DNA of 64,000 nucleotides from Guillardia theta CCMP2712 (lineage: Eukaryota > Protista > Cryptophyta). The stretch covers positions 859,061 to 923,060 of the forward strand of contig NW_005434667.1 of assembly GCF_000315625.1 (NCBI RefSeq). Reading direction: 5' to 3'. Of the stretch, positions 1 through 12,484 are shown piece after piece; within the stretch, counting starts at the first letter, position 1; each line of letters begins with the position of its first letter. Made by a program: the position numbers and the translations under genes. The notes beneath the pieces were generated by a model. The model did no database searches, had not been told where the DNA came from, and saw only the letters and a program-made list of their open reading frames with translations.

Positions 1-15
1 CGTGACAAAGTAGTT

Positions 16-1145
16 TTGAAGGTTCACAGTTGCCAAGAGTGTGGCATGCTCGCACATGGGATTCCAACAAAGACCGATATCATTCATACGATTAAGGAGC
101 TTGTGACGAAAGTATCAAAGGTTGAAGGCATGTTCACAATTGACGTGATGAGAAAAGCTGCAGAGTCTGGAGAGACAATGGCGGCATCGACCAATTCAAT
201 GGAGTCAGAGATGATAAAGGCGTTAGACATGGTGACACAACAATTGAATGCCCACAACAAAGCACTGAAGAAAACACTGAAGGAGAACTCAAAACAAACA
301 CAGCAAGGTATGAAAAGAGTTTGGATGAAGCTGCATAACATAGAGGAGAACATGAAAGTTATGTTCGAAATCATGACATCAGTGTTGGATGCAAATAATT
401 CTGTGCGAGACGGGAGTTCGGTGGAACAGAGGTTTGTATGGCGGGAAGGGACACAAGACAATGAATTGCTTGCGGAAAACAGCTCGGAAGCAAGCTCAGG
501 ATCAGACATGGAAGAAGATGGGTCATTGAACAGTGGAGCAGACAACGATGATGCCACGCCAGGCGAAGAACAATCATTGAATGATGACGAAGTAGAGGGC
601 CATTGGTTCGAATGGGGGGGGGGCGCCACATGGTTCCTGCAGATTTCGAATGGCCACAGAAAATATCAGTCAGAAACATGATGACGTATTTGTATCAAGG
701 ACGGATTAGAAACATTGATGGAAGGGTACAAAGAATCAGACCATTTTGTAACTTTTACAAACTGAATTTGAGGCATGACTTGAAAACGAAACCCAGCAGG
801 AGGAATCTTTACAAAGCAAGGTGCGTGATGAATGAGATAGAGAAGATTTGCCGGGAGAACGGAGCGATTGGTGAAGAAGGCGAGATACGGGCAGACAACA
901 TCCAGGAATGTTACGACAAAGCGTTTCATGTGCTGGTTGAGAGAGCATACGGGAAGTCGGCATGGCAGAGGCGTGAACTCAAGCACAGATATGAACAGCT
1001 GAGTTACATCACGTTTTGCAACAAGTTACACTTGGAGAAGGATAGGACGACAGCTCGACCGGACCACACACAAGACTCGATGGAGTCTTCAGATGAGAGT
1101 AGGGAAAGAACGACATATGCTGCAGCATTGTTGAAAGACTTATGA
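16..1145 (+). pseudogene. 3' part of a possible Crypton/NDC10-associated (GCR1-adjacent) protein gene, with a frameshift at a G10 run (614-623)
   Basis: ORF 16-681 joins ORF 603-1145 at HWFEWGG(G)/RHMVPADFEWP. The motif WGG-x-H-x-VP-x-DF-x-(W/F)P...G...IRPF resembles C-terminal regions of Crypton-derived proteins. The 5' part lies outside the window, and the frameshift could be a homopolymer error. Confidence 0.35.
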
Positions 1146-1204
1146 CAGTGGGATGGGAATGAAGATGAACATATGTTTCACCTACATTATTCTACCTCAT
1201 CCCA

Positions 1205-1380
1205 TCTACCATCACTCCTCTACCATCACTCCTCTGCCATCACTCCTCTACCGTAGTACAGGCCTCTCCTCTGCCATGTCTCCTCTGCCATGTCTCCTCT
1301 GGCAACTCTCCTCTACCGACTCTCCTCTGGCAACTCTCCTCTACCGACTCTCCTCTGGCATGTCTCCTCTGCCATCTCTC
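1205..1380. repeat. Degenerate ~15-bp tandem repeat (CTCCTCTGCCATGT / CTCCTCTACCGACT variants)
   Basis: Directly visible reiteration of CTCCTCT(G/A)(C/G)C(A/G) units. Confidence 0.8.
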
Positions 1381-4300
1381 CCCCTTGTTGGCATCTTTTC
1401 TCGGACATTTCTCTTCTACGTGTCGTCTTCTTCGTTTCCCCAACACATCTTGTCCGAACTCCCCGCTGTAGTTGCCTTGCCAGCGTATTTACCACGCCGG
1501 AACAAATTTTCGAAACGGAACTGTGACTCAGATGCTACCCGGTTTACAGAGCTTAAAAGGACCGGTGATCAGTTTCCGATACACCTGTCATGCCATGATG
1601 ACTGACCTTGCAAAAGGCGGGCCTGGGATCCCGCCGGGGAGACTCCGGGGATCCGGAGTCCCGTGACTGATTGCTGCCGGGGCACCGGAATTATCTGAGC
1701 CGGGTTCGGCACTGTCCCGGCACTCTGCCACTGATGGTACTGTGACGGAGGCAGTAGTGAAGGCGGCTCAGTTGAAGGTGGCACCCGCCGGCCCGGCCCG
1801 TGTCGGGTGACGGTCCGATCGCTCGCCGCCGGTGCGCGGCCATGCGGGGTGGCACCCGGTGGGGGGGGATCGGACCTGGACGGACGGTGACTGGGCGAAC
1901 GGCGTAACCGTGAACTGAACTTCTCAAGTTGAACTGAGGGGCTCGGTGCCACTACTGCAGCGGCCTGGCGCGAGCCGGCACAGTGCCGTTGGGAGCTGAA
2001 GTTATGACTCTGATTGTAGGAACCGTTCAACTTCCGAGTCAATGCTTGCCGGGATGGCAAGCCAATGACACGGTGAATGGGAACAACGCTCACAGGTGGG
2101 ATGGAAGACTGGGACGCACGTCTCAGGCCATGCTTCACATGTGGCGGGAGGAGGCGGGTGAGAGGGTTGATTCCGAATGTTGACATCAAGACATAGACGG
2201 ATCAAGTTGTGGCATGATATAGAGGCACTGAAGGATTCCTGGGTGTCTCTTTATACATAGTAGTATAGTTTACATGCCCTGCAGTACGAAATGATGATGA
2301 TGATGATTCTGACTCAGTGGGATCATCAGCAGCTGCTGCTGCTGCAGCAGCAGCGGTCGTTGAATGCTGCAGTCGAAGTAGATGTTGTCGAAAAGCGTCC
2401 AAAAGCATCGCATGGTCCAGAAGCGTCGGTGTCTCACTGCCACGAGGTTGGGCCTGATCCGGGATGATCATGGGGAGGCAACCGTCAAGCCTCCGTGAGA
2501 CCGCACGCTTGAAGACGACCCTTGAGTGAGACACTTCATGGCCCGGCGTGAGTCCGTCATGGGAGAAAGGAGCACTGCCGCATGGCAGCCGGGATGGGGC
2601 AGGGGATGCAACCGGCGGCTGTGCGGGGGGGGCGGCGGGCGTCGCCGCCTTGGGGCATGCGGGGTTCTTAAGTGGAACAAGTCGACGGACGGGCCGCAAG
2701 GCACCCGGTACCGATCTGTACCGGCGGGGGGGTACCGGGAGCGGGTTAGAATTGAGTAAAGGCTGCGGTGCCCGCACCCACCCCGGTACCGCGGGCGGTA
2801 CCGGGGTGATCAGTCACCCCCGCCATTGTCGTGATCAGTCAACCCCGCCCAGACCCCGCCCCTAATCTCCTACTGGTTTGGTGGCACGGCGTTGTCGTGG
2901 GCTTTTTTTTGGGTTTTTTTAGCTGCCCCTAAACTTGTTAGGTTCTACCCGCTCCTCTCCCCTACGCTACATGATATGTAGGAGGGTGGGTGGTAACACC
3001 CAAACTTGTTACGTTCGGGCGTGATCTTGTGCTACCAACTTCAATGGATCTATCAGGGTCGTGGAGGAGAATGTAGAGGAGTGGATCTAGCAGAGGCGTG
3101 GGGGAGAAGCTCGAGGAATGTTGTTAGGAGAGAAGCGAGATCGAAAGATGATAGAAGAGGTGGGAATCGCAAACAAGTGCGCCCGAAGAATACATTCATG
3201 TCATGCTCATGTCCGTTTGAGGTAGAAAATGTGATCAGGGTTTCACCATGTGGCAGGCGACTATTTCTTGGACCAAACATTTCGATGCCTAAAAGAGGTG
3301 CATTGCAAGAAATGATGTATGATTGCTCGTTGGATGCAGACACATTCGACTACATCGACAGTGAGCTTGGTAGCACTCTCAAGCAAGTAGAGCAGGTAGG
3401 GTCTCTTCACGTATTGTGGGTGGATCAGTTATCCAGGAGTATCTGGCTTTCTGCTGGTGAACATGGAATCCAGCAAGACAAAGAGTGTCTCGATCTATCT
3501 CTGACAAAAGCAGCAAAGCTTCATCAATGTCATGTAAGCGAAGTCGCTTGCCTTGAGAAGAAACAGAAGACGGCCAGCGCTCCAGGTTCTTCCATACACT
3601 TGCCATATCCTACGACCATTTGCTTGCCATTGAAGCCTCACGGGTCAGGAGGAGCAGCCGCAGGCGAGCAGTTACGAGGTGCTACTGATGGACAGCAGAT
3701 CCAAGAGCACATTGGCCGGCATGTACTGCCTGTGCTGAGGGTGGACATGGAAGCGGTAAGAGTGATGGTGAAGGTTCCGATGTTATCATGAAAGCCAAGC
3801 AAGTCCTGCACGCTCATTCTTTGACTATCAATGTTCAAGGTCTGGATGGGTATAGAGAAGCCTCTGCTTCAACGACATGAGGTGTTTATCTCCTTGTATA
3901 GAGTCGCTGGCTGCTGACATCAGCATCTGCAGTTGGCACTGAGTTCTGACCACGTAGACCAGGAGCTCAAGGTTTGTGATTGACTGTGAGGGAAGGGGAT
4001 CCGCACTGTTCCCCTCGTTCGCCTCTCCCATGGCAAGAGTTGTACTTTGAAACATGGCTGTTCCTTCAAGAGGCTCGTGCCTCGTCTTGAAGTGCTCTCC
4101 TCCTCCTTCCTGCCCAAACCCGTCGATTTACTTGTAACATAGCTCCTGGCAGAGAAAGCTCCAGAAGCATGCCGAGAGCGTCACGAAGTCAGCAGGCTAC
4201 CAACAACTCGGAATGACCCTCTTCCTGCAAATTTCACAAGTTCAAGGTGACATCCATCTCGACCTCTCTCATGACATTGGCAAGGTGATTCAATTTGGAT

Positions 4301-5979
4301 CACGTCGAGATGCTTACTTGGGGTGAACAGTCTCAGACCTTTATCATCTCCGTCCGCGTTGAGCCTGATCGGCCACGATTTCTCCACCGGCTCATTGGAC
4401 TCAAGGATGGACACCTCTGGGAGATCGGCAACGACGATCATGCTGTAAGGGCCGAGGAGGGCGATGCCTTTTCTTGTTGGGAAAGGCTCCGCGACGAACA
4501 AAAACAAGCGATCTGCACCTTTTTCACCCACCTTCGCCTCAGCCCAGAGATTGCTGACGGCTGGAAGGAGTTCTTCAGCGGGGAATGCAGACTTGCCCGA
4601 GTCCGGGAGTGAAGATGTAGGCGAGAGCTCGAGGGCTGCGCAGGAACTTGCTCAGATATACCCAACGAAGCAACAGATGGACCGTTTGCTACTGCAGAGG
4701 CTCACTTTGTACTGCCAGCCTCCTTGGAATAAAGAAAGTTCAAAGATCATTCAGATATCCTAGACAGATCTTGGCAATGGTGAAGATCTGCAGTATGCTG
4801 TTGCTTACTCGGGGTCGATCGGGGTCGAGATGTATCTCCCGTGATGCTCTTGTCTTACAGCTGCAGTTCTGAACATCTTCATGGAGGACAAGGACAAGGG
4901 AACGAGCAAGCAGTCGACAAGTGAATAAATGTTTTTCTATCATTGTGGTTGCGAACATGGTACCTGCTCCATGGCGAGCGCTGTGACGCGAGAGAGCGGA
5001 GTAGTATGCGGAGATGTAGGAACGGGAAGGGAAGGTCCTGTGCTTGAGAGATGAAGGACATGGAACGGGGGAGGAACGGGGGAGCAGCAGCGGGGAATGG
5101 GGGCGGGGGCGCGAAGCGGCAGGGTGGGATTTCCTGTGTTGAGGCGCAAGGACAAATTTTAGCTGGCTGGTCTCATAGGATGAGGGTGAAAATGAACGGC
5201 GGGGGGGGAGGGGCGGCGGGGGAGGAGGGCGGGCGGGAGAGGAAGGAGGTGGATGAAAGGGATAGAAGCCAAAGGACAACATTTCCGGCGGTGACATGGC
5301 GTGGTTTGCCGGCGTCCTAGATCACGCTGTCTGTCTGCACTGTCTTGTCTTTGATGACGTACCGGCAGGGATCGTCATGGCCAAGGGCGAGCCAGCAGCG
5401 GTAGAAGCAAGCTCGTCGACGAGGGCTGAGCCTGACTCCTCCAACTATGGGACCGTGTATGAGAGAGAGCGGCTCCTGCCCTTTTCAGTGGAGCAACTCC
5501 CCTCAGCCAGCAAGAAGAAGTTGACCAGGCTCGCCATGGTCGTCGCCGGATGTGTGGTGAGAGTGAGTGTGGACGAGCGGCTTGTGAAGTGATGCTGAAC
5601 ATACAGATCCTCATCAAGCTGATGATGCTCCTTGCTTCCTGGTCTTCGGCGAGGTCAGGGAGGGGCTCCTAGGAGTTGAACGCAGTTGGTGTAAATGATA
5701 CTTTGAGGGATGTGAATGGGGGAAGAGGAGTGAGGAATACGTATTTTCTTGTTGATAAGTAGAAGTTCAGGGTTTGGAGAAGCTAAAAAAGAATAATGCT
5801 GTCATGAAAAGCCAAGGGGCCATCAAGACCAAGTGATGTTGGGAGCCACTGGAGCTCGATCATAGGAAAAGGTCGAACTGGCAAGAGTCCTCGTCGAACT
5901 CGCTATCCTTGAAGTCTTGCAGCACCTGCGATCTTGGAAACACATGTCAGCATGCGATTCCCACAACGAGCAAGCTGCC

Positions 5980-7659
5980 TTACATGTAGCCGAAGTAAGC
6001 ATCTCCGCACTCACACCCGGACCGCAGCAAGCCTCCTGAGTCCTCAGCGGGAAGCCCCGACATGGGGGAGGAGAGCAGCAGGGAGGAGACTGCGTGCAGG
6101 CCTTCATCCGTGACGTTCACTCGCCTCCGGGCCTCATCGCTCAGTCCAACGACTTCCTCCTTCCCGAACCCACGGATCAAGCTCTTGGCATTTGCGAACG
6201 TGCAGTACCGATGGCACAGCATGGCGCGAACGTCCTTGAAGCCTGAGGCTTCCCTGCTCCCCTTTGCTCCCCTTGTGCTGCGAAGAAACTCCACCACTTC
6301 TTCCCTCGGGTCGAAGATGAAAGCCACGAGCTGCGCCATCCACCAGCAGAAGCTGCGGTGGGCGAGCTGCGGGGGGCTTCTTGCCTCGAACTTCCATGAG
6401 CGAACCATGTCTCGCCCAGAGACACGGTAAGTCGCACAGAAGGGCCCGGGACGACTGACGTCAGAGACTACGACAGTTTGAGACTCGTTGGATGTGAGGT
6501 CGGAGAGGGGAAGGGTAACGAACGACCACTGATCTTCCTCCTTGCACGCCGAGATCCTCTCAAAGTAGCACAGCCATCCTTGAGAGCAGTCCTTACCAGC
6601 ATAATTCCACACGTCACGGCTTTTCGTCACGAGGATACGGTCAGTGGCATGCGCGAAGCCCAGGGACATGGCAAGGAACATGACCTGTCGGGGAAGAGAC
6701 CAGGCAGCTCCGTCAAGGCTGTGCACTAGAAGCTTCCTGGCTCTGCAAGTATTGTTTGAATCTTCCGGAAACTGCCAGTCGAACAACATTCTCTGGGCCT
6801 CACATACATCGCACTCAAGGGTTTGGTTGACACGGAAGCGGAAACGGGAGGGGTCTGCCTCGTAAATTCTATCGCATGCTGAGCACTGGTACCCCAGCTC
6901 TCGTGCATGCAGCCATTCTTCCAAGGAAAGGCTCACGATACGTCTACCCTCATGACGGGAGGGTCCAGCATCCTGCCCCCTCTGTTTCCGCGCTTCAATC
7001 TTTCCTTGCAGCCCCTGAACCTCCTGCTTCAGCTTTTCGATGATTTCGCTCAGTGAGTTGACGCCAGCTCTCCCTCGTCCTGGCCAGAGTTTCTGGTAGG
7101 CGTTTCTGTGTGACCAAGTGTCTAATCCATGCGTCCTCGCAACGTCGAATCGGCAGATTTTCTCCATGAAGAACGCCCCGTCCTCTACTTTCACGTGGAT
7201 CGAATGCGGTGGTAGGATCCTCCTCAGTTCGCCAGCTTCGTGCATCTCCATGGTGACTGGAAGGAACCACACCCATATGGTAGCCGTGTTGACGCTTCCA
7301 TCTGAGTGCCATACCGGGATCCCCTGAACCATCACCGTGATGTCTCCATCGCACTGAGCGAGGTGCCTTCCGAAGTCGATCAATCCCCCATGCACCTCAA
7401 GCAGGATCGTCAGACTTGGTAGCTTCTGACCTTCAGTCCAAAGGATCTCTCCATCCTGGGGCTCTGTAATCTCGATGGAGAGGTTCTGCCTGCGCGGCAG
7501 ATGGACGTCGTCATGATCAACCCACAGCTCTGCTTCTTCTGGTTGTTCCTGCAAGCTTTCGTCTGCCGCCACTCCCTCATTCGAGCCTTGACAGCATGCA
7601 AATGAGAGCAGGAAGAGCAAGAGAGATAAGGAAAAGGGACGAGATCCTGTCCCTTTCAT
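5980..7659 (-). CDS. Host alpha-1,6-fucosyltransferase-like protein (FUT8/GT23-like), main exon; further 3' exons likely toward ~5300
   Basis: Signal peptide MKGTGSRPFSLSLLLFLLSFACC (ATG 7659). QRMLFDWQFP..C..ARKLLV, DRILV...WNYA..DCS.GWLCYFERISAC and WWMAQLVAFIF..P match the FUT8-type layout. GC-rich host composition. Confidence 0.6.
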   Translation of the reverse strand: MKGTGSRPFSLSLLLFLLSFACCQGSNEGVAADESLQEQPEEAELWVDHDDVHLPRRQNLSIEITEPQDGEILWTEGQKLPSLTILLEVHGGLIDFGRHLAQCDGDITVMVQGIPVWHSDGSVNTATIWVWFLPVTMEMHEAGELRRILPPHSIHVKVEDGAFFMEKICRFDVARTHGLDTWSHRNAYQKLWPGRGRAGVNSLSEIIEKLKQEVQGLQGKIEARKQRGQDAGPSRHEGRRIVSLSLEEWLHARELGYQCSACDRIYEADPSRFRFRVNQTLECDVCEAQRMLFDWQFPEDSNNTCRARKLLVHSLDGAAWSLPRQVMFLAMSLGFAHATDRILVTKSRDVWNYAGKDCSQGWLCYFERISACKEEDQWSFVTLPLSDLTSNESQTVVVSDVSRPGPFCATYRVSGRDMVRSWKFEARSPPQLAHRSFCWWMAQLVAFIFDPREEVVEFLRSTRGAKGSREASGFKDVRAMLCHRYCTFANAKSLIRGFGKEEVVGLSDEARRRVNVTDEGLHAVSSLLLSSPMSGLPAEDSGGLLRSGCECGDAYFGYM

Positions 7660-7848
7660 CCTTTCCTCCCTCGGGTCCTCGCCATGTCCTCTCCCCTCAA
7701 ACCCTCCGGCCCGGACCCTTCGGCCCGGGCAGCGGATCTGCGGACACCCGTCACTGACGACTGAGGCCGCTGTTTGGTTCCCGGCTGATATCAAGAGATG
7801 CGATAACGCAACTTCTCGGAGCTTCCCTAGTCTCGTGACGGCTCCGCT

Positions 7849-9693
7849 TACTATAATGAGGGTGTGTTTGCGAGACAGATAAGGGAGTGTAATACCCGTG
7901 ATTTGATGTATGATTTACACATGGAAGTAGAGGGATATATAAAAGATAGACTGGGTGTGATGTCGGAGGAGGAGTTAGCGAGTTTGAGGGAGTTGCATGA
8001 AGTGGAGGATATAGAGATGTATTTAGTGGCAAGGATCTTGTACATAGCGTCAGATACGGAGAGGTACAAGAGTGAGTTTTCTGGGGATGTGAATAAGTTG
8101 TGGAGGAGGAAGGTGGTGATAACAACGCCCTCGATAATAGAGGGAGTGAATTATGAGGCCGAGAGGCCGATCAATACGTACTGTATATCGACATTTGCGA
8201 GGACCTTAACGCCAGATCAGAAAGTGCAGCAGTTAGCAAGGAATAGGAATTGTCAGATGTTGTTCTTTTACATAAATTATAAGTTGAAGCCGGAGAGCAT
8301 GATATATGCGGGAATGCCGGTGCATAAAGACATAGATGATTGTAGACGGACTTACAATGAGATGTGTTTAGGTAGCAATGTGTTGAATGGCATAATGAAG
8401 AAGACGGAGGATATGATAGAGATAAATAGGGAGATGAAGAATGTGGATACTGACAACTTCTGTTCGAAGGATAGTATGCACAACAAGGAATTGATGAAGA
8501 TCTTGTATAGGCAGGATACACAGATGTTGAATTATGAGCATTACTATATCAAGAATTTAGAGAGGTTAGGGATGGTGGTAATAAGGAATTACTACAAGGA
8601 GGAAAAAGAGATAAAGCGTGAGAAGAAGGATGAGGTGATCTACAATAATATGGAGGTGATGAGTTTCCTGAGGATGAGGAATATAGAGATAGAGGATGGT
8701 TTGAGAGAGATAACATATACGAAGGATGAAGTGCAAGAAATGTTGTTGAGGGAGAGGGAGAGTAGGGAGAATGAGGACTTTGATAGGATGTTGAGATGCA
8801 ATGATGTGAAGGCGAGTAGGTCGAAGGAGGAGCAATGGAGAAATAGGATCCAACATTATCTAGGGAGGGTACCTGAGAACAAGAGGGAGGAGTATATAGA
8901 GAGATATAGGGGTTTATTGATGGGTGGTTTATCGGTGAAGAGTGATATGAATGAGGCATGCAAGAGGATTATAGATCCGTTGATAGAGCACAACAAGATG
9001 GTGGCATACATGTATAGGACATCACATTTGGAGGCGATATTGAAAAACAAGATATCAGAAGACAGTCCAATGAATGGGTATATGTCATTCTATATGGATA
9101 TGTGGAGGACGAAGGAGGTGATGAGGAAGTACTTAGGTGTGAAGGATTGTTTCGATCTTGGATGTTTGGACACAGGGAGGTACAAGGATGAGGAGATTGA
9201 GATAGAAGAGGATGATATGAGGAATTATTTTGATGTGATGGTGATGGAGGATACAGAAGAGAATAGGAACAAGGAGGCATTAGCAAAGTTGTACAACAAG
9301 ATGTTAGAGGATGGAAAGATGCCAACATTTAGGAGACCTAGGATCACGAAGTATGTATTAGCGAAGAGGTTAAGTTACAAGAAGGTGGCAGAGGAGGTGA
9401 GGAGGAGGTTGGAGGGTTTGATAGTGAAACATAGATACAAGGAGCAACATATAAATGAGAATGGTGAGAAAGTGAGAGTGAATTATGCAAGATATGAGTT
9501 CGATTATGATAAGATAGGATATCATATGAAACTGTTGAGGTTGCGTTTAGAGGGATTGAATGTGTTAGAGCCGCATGTGATAGAACGATTTGAGGTGAAG
9601 GATGAAGAAATAATGTATATGTTTCATGAGATGGAAAAAAGAGCATGTAAAGCGTGGGAGAGAATGGTGATAGGAATAAAATGTAGAAAGTGA
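7849..9693 (+). pseudogene. C-terminal half of a UL9/origin-binding-protein-like SF2 helicase
   Basis: No true ATG. VVITTPSIIEGVNYE and PDQKVQQLARNRN are helicase motif V/VI-like. Motifs I-III are absent here but present in 15585-17243(-). Confidence 0.75.
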
Positions 9694-9886
9694 CTGATAT
9701 ACATATTTATGAGTATATAATATGTGATTTCCATATACCTTCGTCTTTGTAAAGGTCATACTTTCTGATAAAGGACGGTTTAGGTTCTATGGTACCAGAG
9801 TTGTATTTATTCAAGACACGATTAAGGTTATATTTTTCTTGATTAGCTTGTCTATACTGTAGTACCATATTGGTAAGGGATATAGG

Positions 9887-10020
9887 GTGTCTCCACCTCT
9901 CCCTAAGTAGGGGGGGCCGGGGGGGATATGATAGGGGGTTGAAGGTGTGTCTCCAGGGAGGGTCTTATTTTTTTAGGTATATATATACCGATTTCTAATT
10001 AAGGGGCAGGGTGGAGACAC
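9887..10020. repeat. ~130-bp dispersed element, copy 1 (GTGTCTCCACC...GGTGGAGACAC inverted ends, G-runs, GGTATATATATACC palindrome)
   Basis: Near-identical to 11737-11862 (direct) and 17785-17911 (inverted). Confidence 0.92.
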
Positions 10021-10087
10021 ATATGAGATCATCAATACAATCATTATGGAGCATATGAGAATGGTGTGATCTATGCGACTTCCTATA

Positions 10088-11671
10088 TTATTTAGGTAAC
10101 CAACGTGCAAATATGAACTGATTATAGACAGTATTTCTGACACACCATCTCTTAATGGAGGGATCCCACCAAGCTCCAAGTGTTTTGACAGTATCTTTTT
10201 CAGAGAAGGGGCATTTCAAACAGATATAAGAACCACTGCTGTCTTCATAATAATCAAAATCTTCTAGATCTTCTTCATCTTTAGGGCGTTCTGGGAATTT
10301 ATCATTGGGAGCTTTATACCAAGATATAATGTCTTCAATAGACAAGTCATATATACGTTGCTGATATAAATGTATACTGTCATAAATAATATTGAATGTT
10401 AATTTTTGAATTGTAACAGGGTGAAATAATGTAACATCTTGATCTTGAAGAAGAAAAGTGACTTTGTTTTGTTTGAGGGTAGCATAATTATTATAAAAGT
10501 TGCGAATTTTTGCAGCTTGTTTCGAATAATAAGATTTAAATTCGCATGTTGAAGTAGGTTTGTAATCATTGATAAATGGATAAGGTTCAGAGTAGTTGAT
10601 TATAAACTGTTTCATATATTTTAGGTTGGGCAGATAGTGATGAATGAATTTAAGGATTTTCTTGATTATAGAAAGGGTGTCATATTCAGTGAAGGTGAGG
10701 TAAGCATGAAACGCAGGGAATTTGCCAAGGGCATAATCCGCAATCCAATAATTATATTTACTATAATCATAATCATGGACTATATAGGAACAAAATCCGT
10801 CATCATTGAGATAGACAGCAACTCTAAAATGTTTAAAGACAGGATTGAAGAGTTCAATGAGGTGTTTATTATGTTCAATAAGATGTTCTGAATGTTTGTC
10901 AGAAAGAAGGCAATGATGATCTGATGAAAAGTGTGTGGAGGATCCTTTCAATATGTTAATAATAAGCTGATCAAGAACATCTTCATTCCAATTCCAGTGA
11001 GTTTTAGAGCCGTTTAAGAAGGTCTTCAAATCTTTCAAATCATTCAAAGGTTGATTAAGTATGCATTGCTCACATTTTTGTTTTCGAATGCAGTATAATT
11101 CCACTACAAGTTTGTTAATATTATTCAATAAGGATTTAGCGTCAAATTCAAACCATGGTTCAGGTCGACAGTCTTCACTTGTAAAATGTGAATTACATAT
11201 TTCGAATATGGCGGATATCTGAGTATCATGAACAACAGCTACATCAGCGATTTTAGTGCTATCATTATATTGAAATCTATGTTCAAGGTGGACTTGACAT
11301 GTAGAAAAATCAGGAGCCTTCCAATCGTGTATGAGATGTTTGCAAACATAGCAATTACGCATGACCTTGAATGGTAGGCATTTTTCTAAGAATTGCTTAA
11401 GCGCAATTTTAGCATCCTTGTGGATTTGTGACTCAGAAGGATTATTATAGTAGGAGCAAGGTTCATCATCTTTGTGATGTGCAAAATGAAAGACTCGTTT
11501 TTTGCCTTGGCGGAGTATTAATGTTTTGTTGCATTGAGGACAGATATACTCTTCCTTCTTGTTAGCAAGTCTTGGACAACAATATTGTCCAGTTTGTTTG
11601 TGAATAGCTGCCAAACTGTAAATATGAGACGTCATAGTCCGCACTAGTATATGTATAATATAGTTGAGCAA
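10088..11671 (-). CDS. CoiA-like zinc-ribbon plus PD-(D/E)XK nuclease protein with a C-terminal DUF5710-like motif (probable start MTSHIY)
   Basis: YICPQCNKTLILRQG..RVFHFAH and ESQIHKDAK (CoiA N-terminus); IADVAV...IFEICNSH (nuclease motifs); CPFSEKDTVKTLGAWWDPSIKRWCV (DUF5710-like). Confidence 0.75.
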   Translation of the reverse strand: MLNYIIHILVRTMTSHIYSLAAIHKQTGQYCCPRLANKKEEYICPQCNKTLILRQGKKRVFHFAHHKDDEPCSYYNNPSESQIHKDAKIALKQFLEKCLPFKVMRNCYVCKHLIHDWKAPDFSTCQVHLEHRFQYNDSTKIADVAVVHDTQISAIFEICNSHFTSEDCRPEPWFEFDAKSLLNNINKLVVELYCIRKQKCEQCILNQPLNDLKDLKTFLNGSKTHWNWNEDVLDQLIINILKGSSTHFSSDHHCLLSDKHSEHLIEHNKHLIELFNPVFKHFRVAVYLNDDGFCSYIVHDYDYSKYNYWIADYALGKFPAFHAYLTFTEYDTLSIIKKILKFIHHYLPNLKYMKQFIINYSEPYPFINDYKPTSTCEFKSYYSKQAAKIRNFYNNYATLKQNKVTFLLQDQDVTLFHPVTIQKLTFNIIYDSIHLYQQRIYDLSIEDIISWYKAPNDKFPERPKDEEDLEDFDYYEDSSGSYICLKCPFSEKDTVKTLGAWWDPSIKRWCVRNTVYNQFIFARWLPK

Positions 11672-11736
11672 GCTTTATATGAATTAACCAGAGGATATAT
11701 AGAATGATCTATACGAGAATGGTAAGGGTTTGATGA

Positions 11737-11862
11737 TGTCTCCACTTCTCCCTAAGTAGGGGGGGGGGACATGATAGGGGTTGAAGGTGTGTCTCCAGGG
11801 AGGGTCTTATTTTTTTAGGTATATATATACCGATTTCTAATTAAGGGGCAGGGTGGAGACAC
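11737..11862. repeat. ~130-bp dispersed element, copy 2
   Basis: Direct repeat of 9887-10020. Inverted identity with copy 3 extends over ~11729-11920 / 17727-17919. Confidence 0.92.
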
Positions 11863-11987
11863 ACATTATATGATGGAGGCTTGGTTGGGTTGTAAGATGA
11901 GGATGGTAAGGAGAATATATATAAGGGTCTTAAAGAAAAAATAGGAAAGCCAACAGGATGTAAATAAAATATAAGAGAGATGAGGAT

Positions 11988-12257
11988 ATGTATTCAGGGT
12001 GGTATACAGAATTTGATGAGGACTACGATGAGACATTTAGGAGGACGATACCGGTGTATCTATATATGCGTGATATCTACATATGGTTGAATATGGTAAG
12101 GGGAGATATAGGGAAGTATAGGGTGGATATAAGGGTGAATTGGAGGAGATGGAATAGATGTAGGAGGAGGGAGAGGATCCCGATGAGTATATTTCGTGTG
12201 CATGTAGGGAGGAGAGGGAGAGAGGGTGAGGTATTGAGGAGAGAACCGTTTTTATAA
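11988..12257 (+). CDS. Small hypothetical viral-like protein (89 aa)
   Basis: ATG-initiated ORF with island-like codon usage. No recognisable motif. Confidence 0.4.
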   Translation: MYSGWYTEFDEDYDETFRRTIPVYLYMRDIYIWLNMVRGDIGKYRVDIRVNWRRWNRCRRRERIPMSIFRVHVGRRGREGEVLRREPFL

Positions 12258-12484
12258 GAGGGAGTGTAACCCACGCCTTTTAGTGGGGAAGTTAAATGAC
12301 TTAGCCAGGGGATTTGTCCGAAAGTTAATTGACTAACCCCTGTAGATTTTAAATTTGGAAGAAGGTGAATAAAGGGGATATAAGGAAGGATGAGAAGCGA
12401 TGTGTGACCCACGCCTTTTAGTCCATGGGGTTCCATAAAATATTGTTGAGAAGTGTAAAAAATGTAGATAAGAGGTAAGAGTAG

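Noticed and set aside
3006-5600. ORFs 3006-3791, 4295-4612 and neighbours
   Set aside because: Possibly exons of host genes, but there is no recognisable motif and no supportable gene model.
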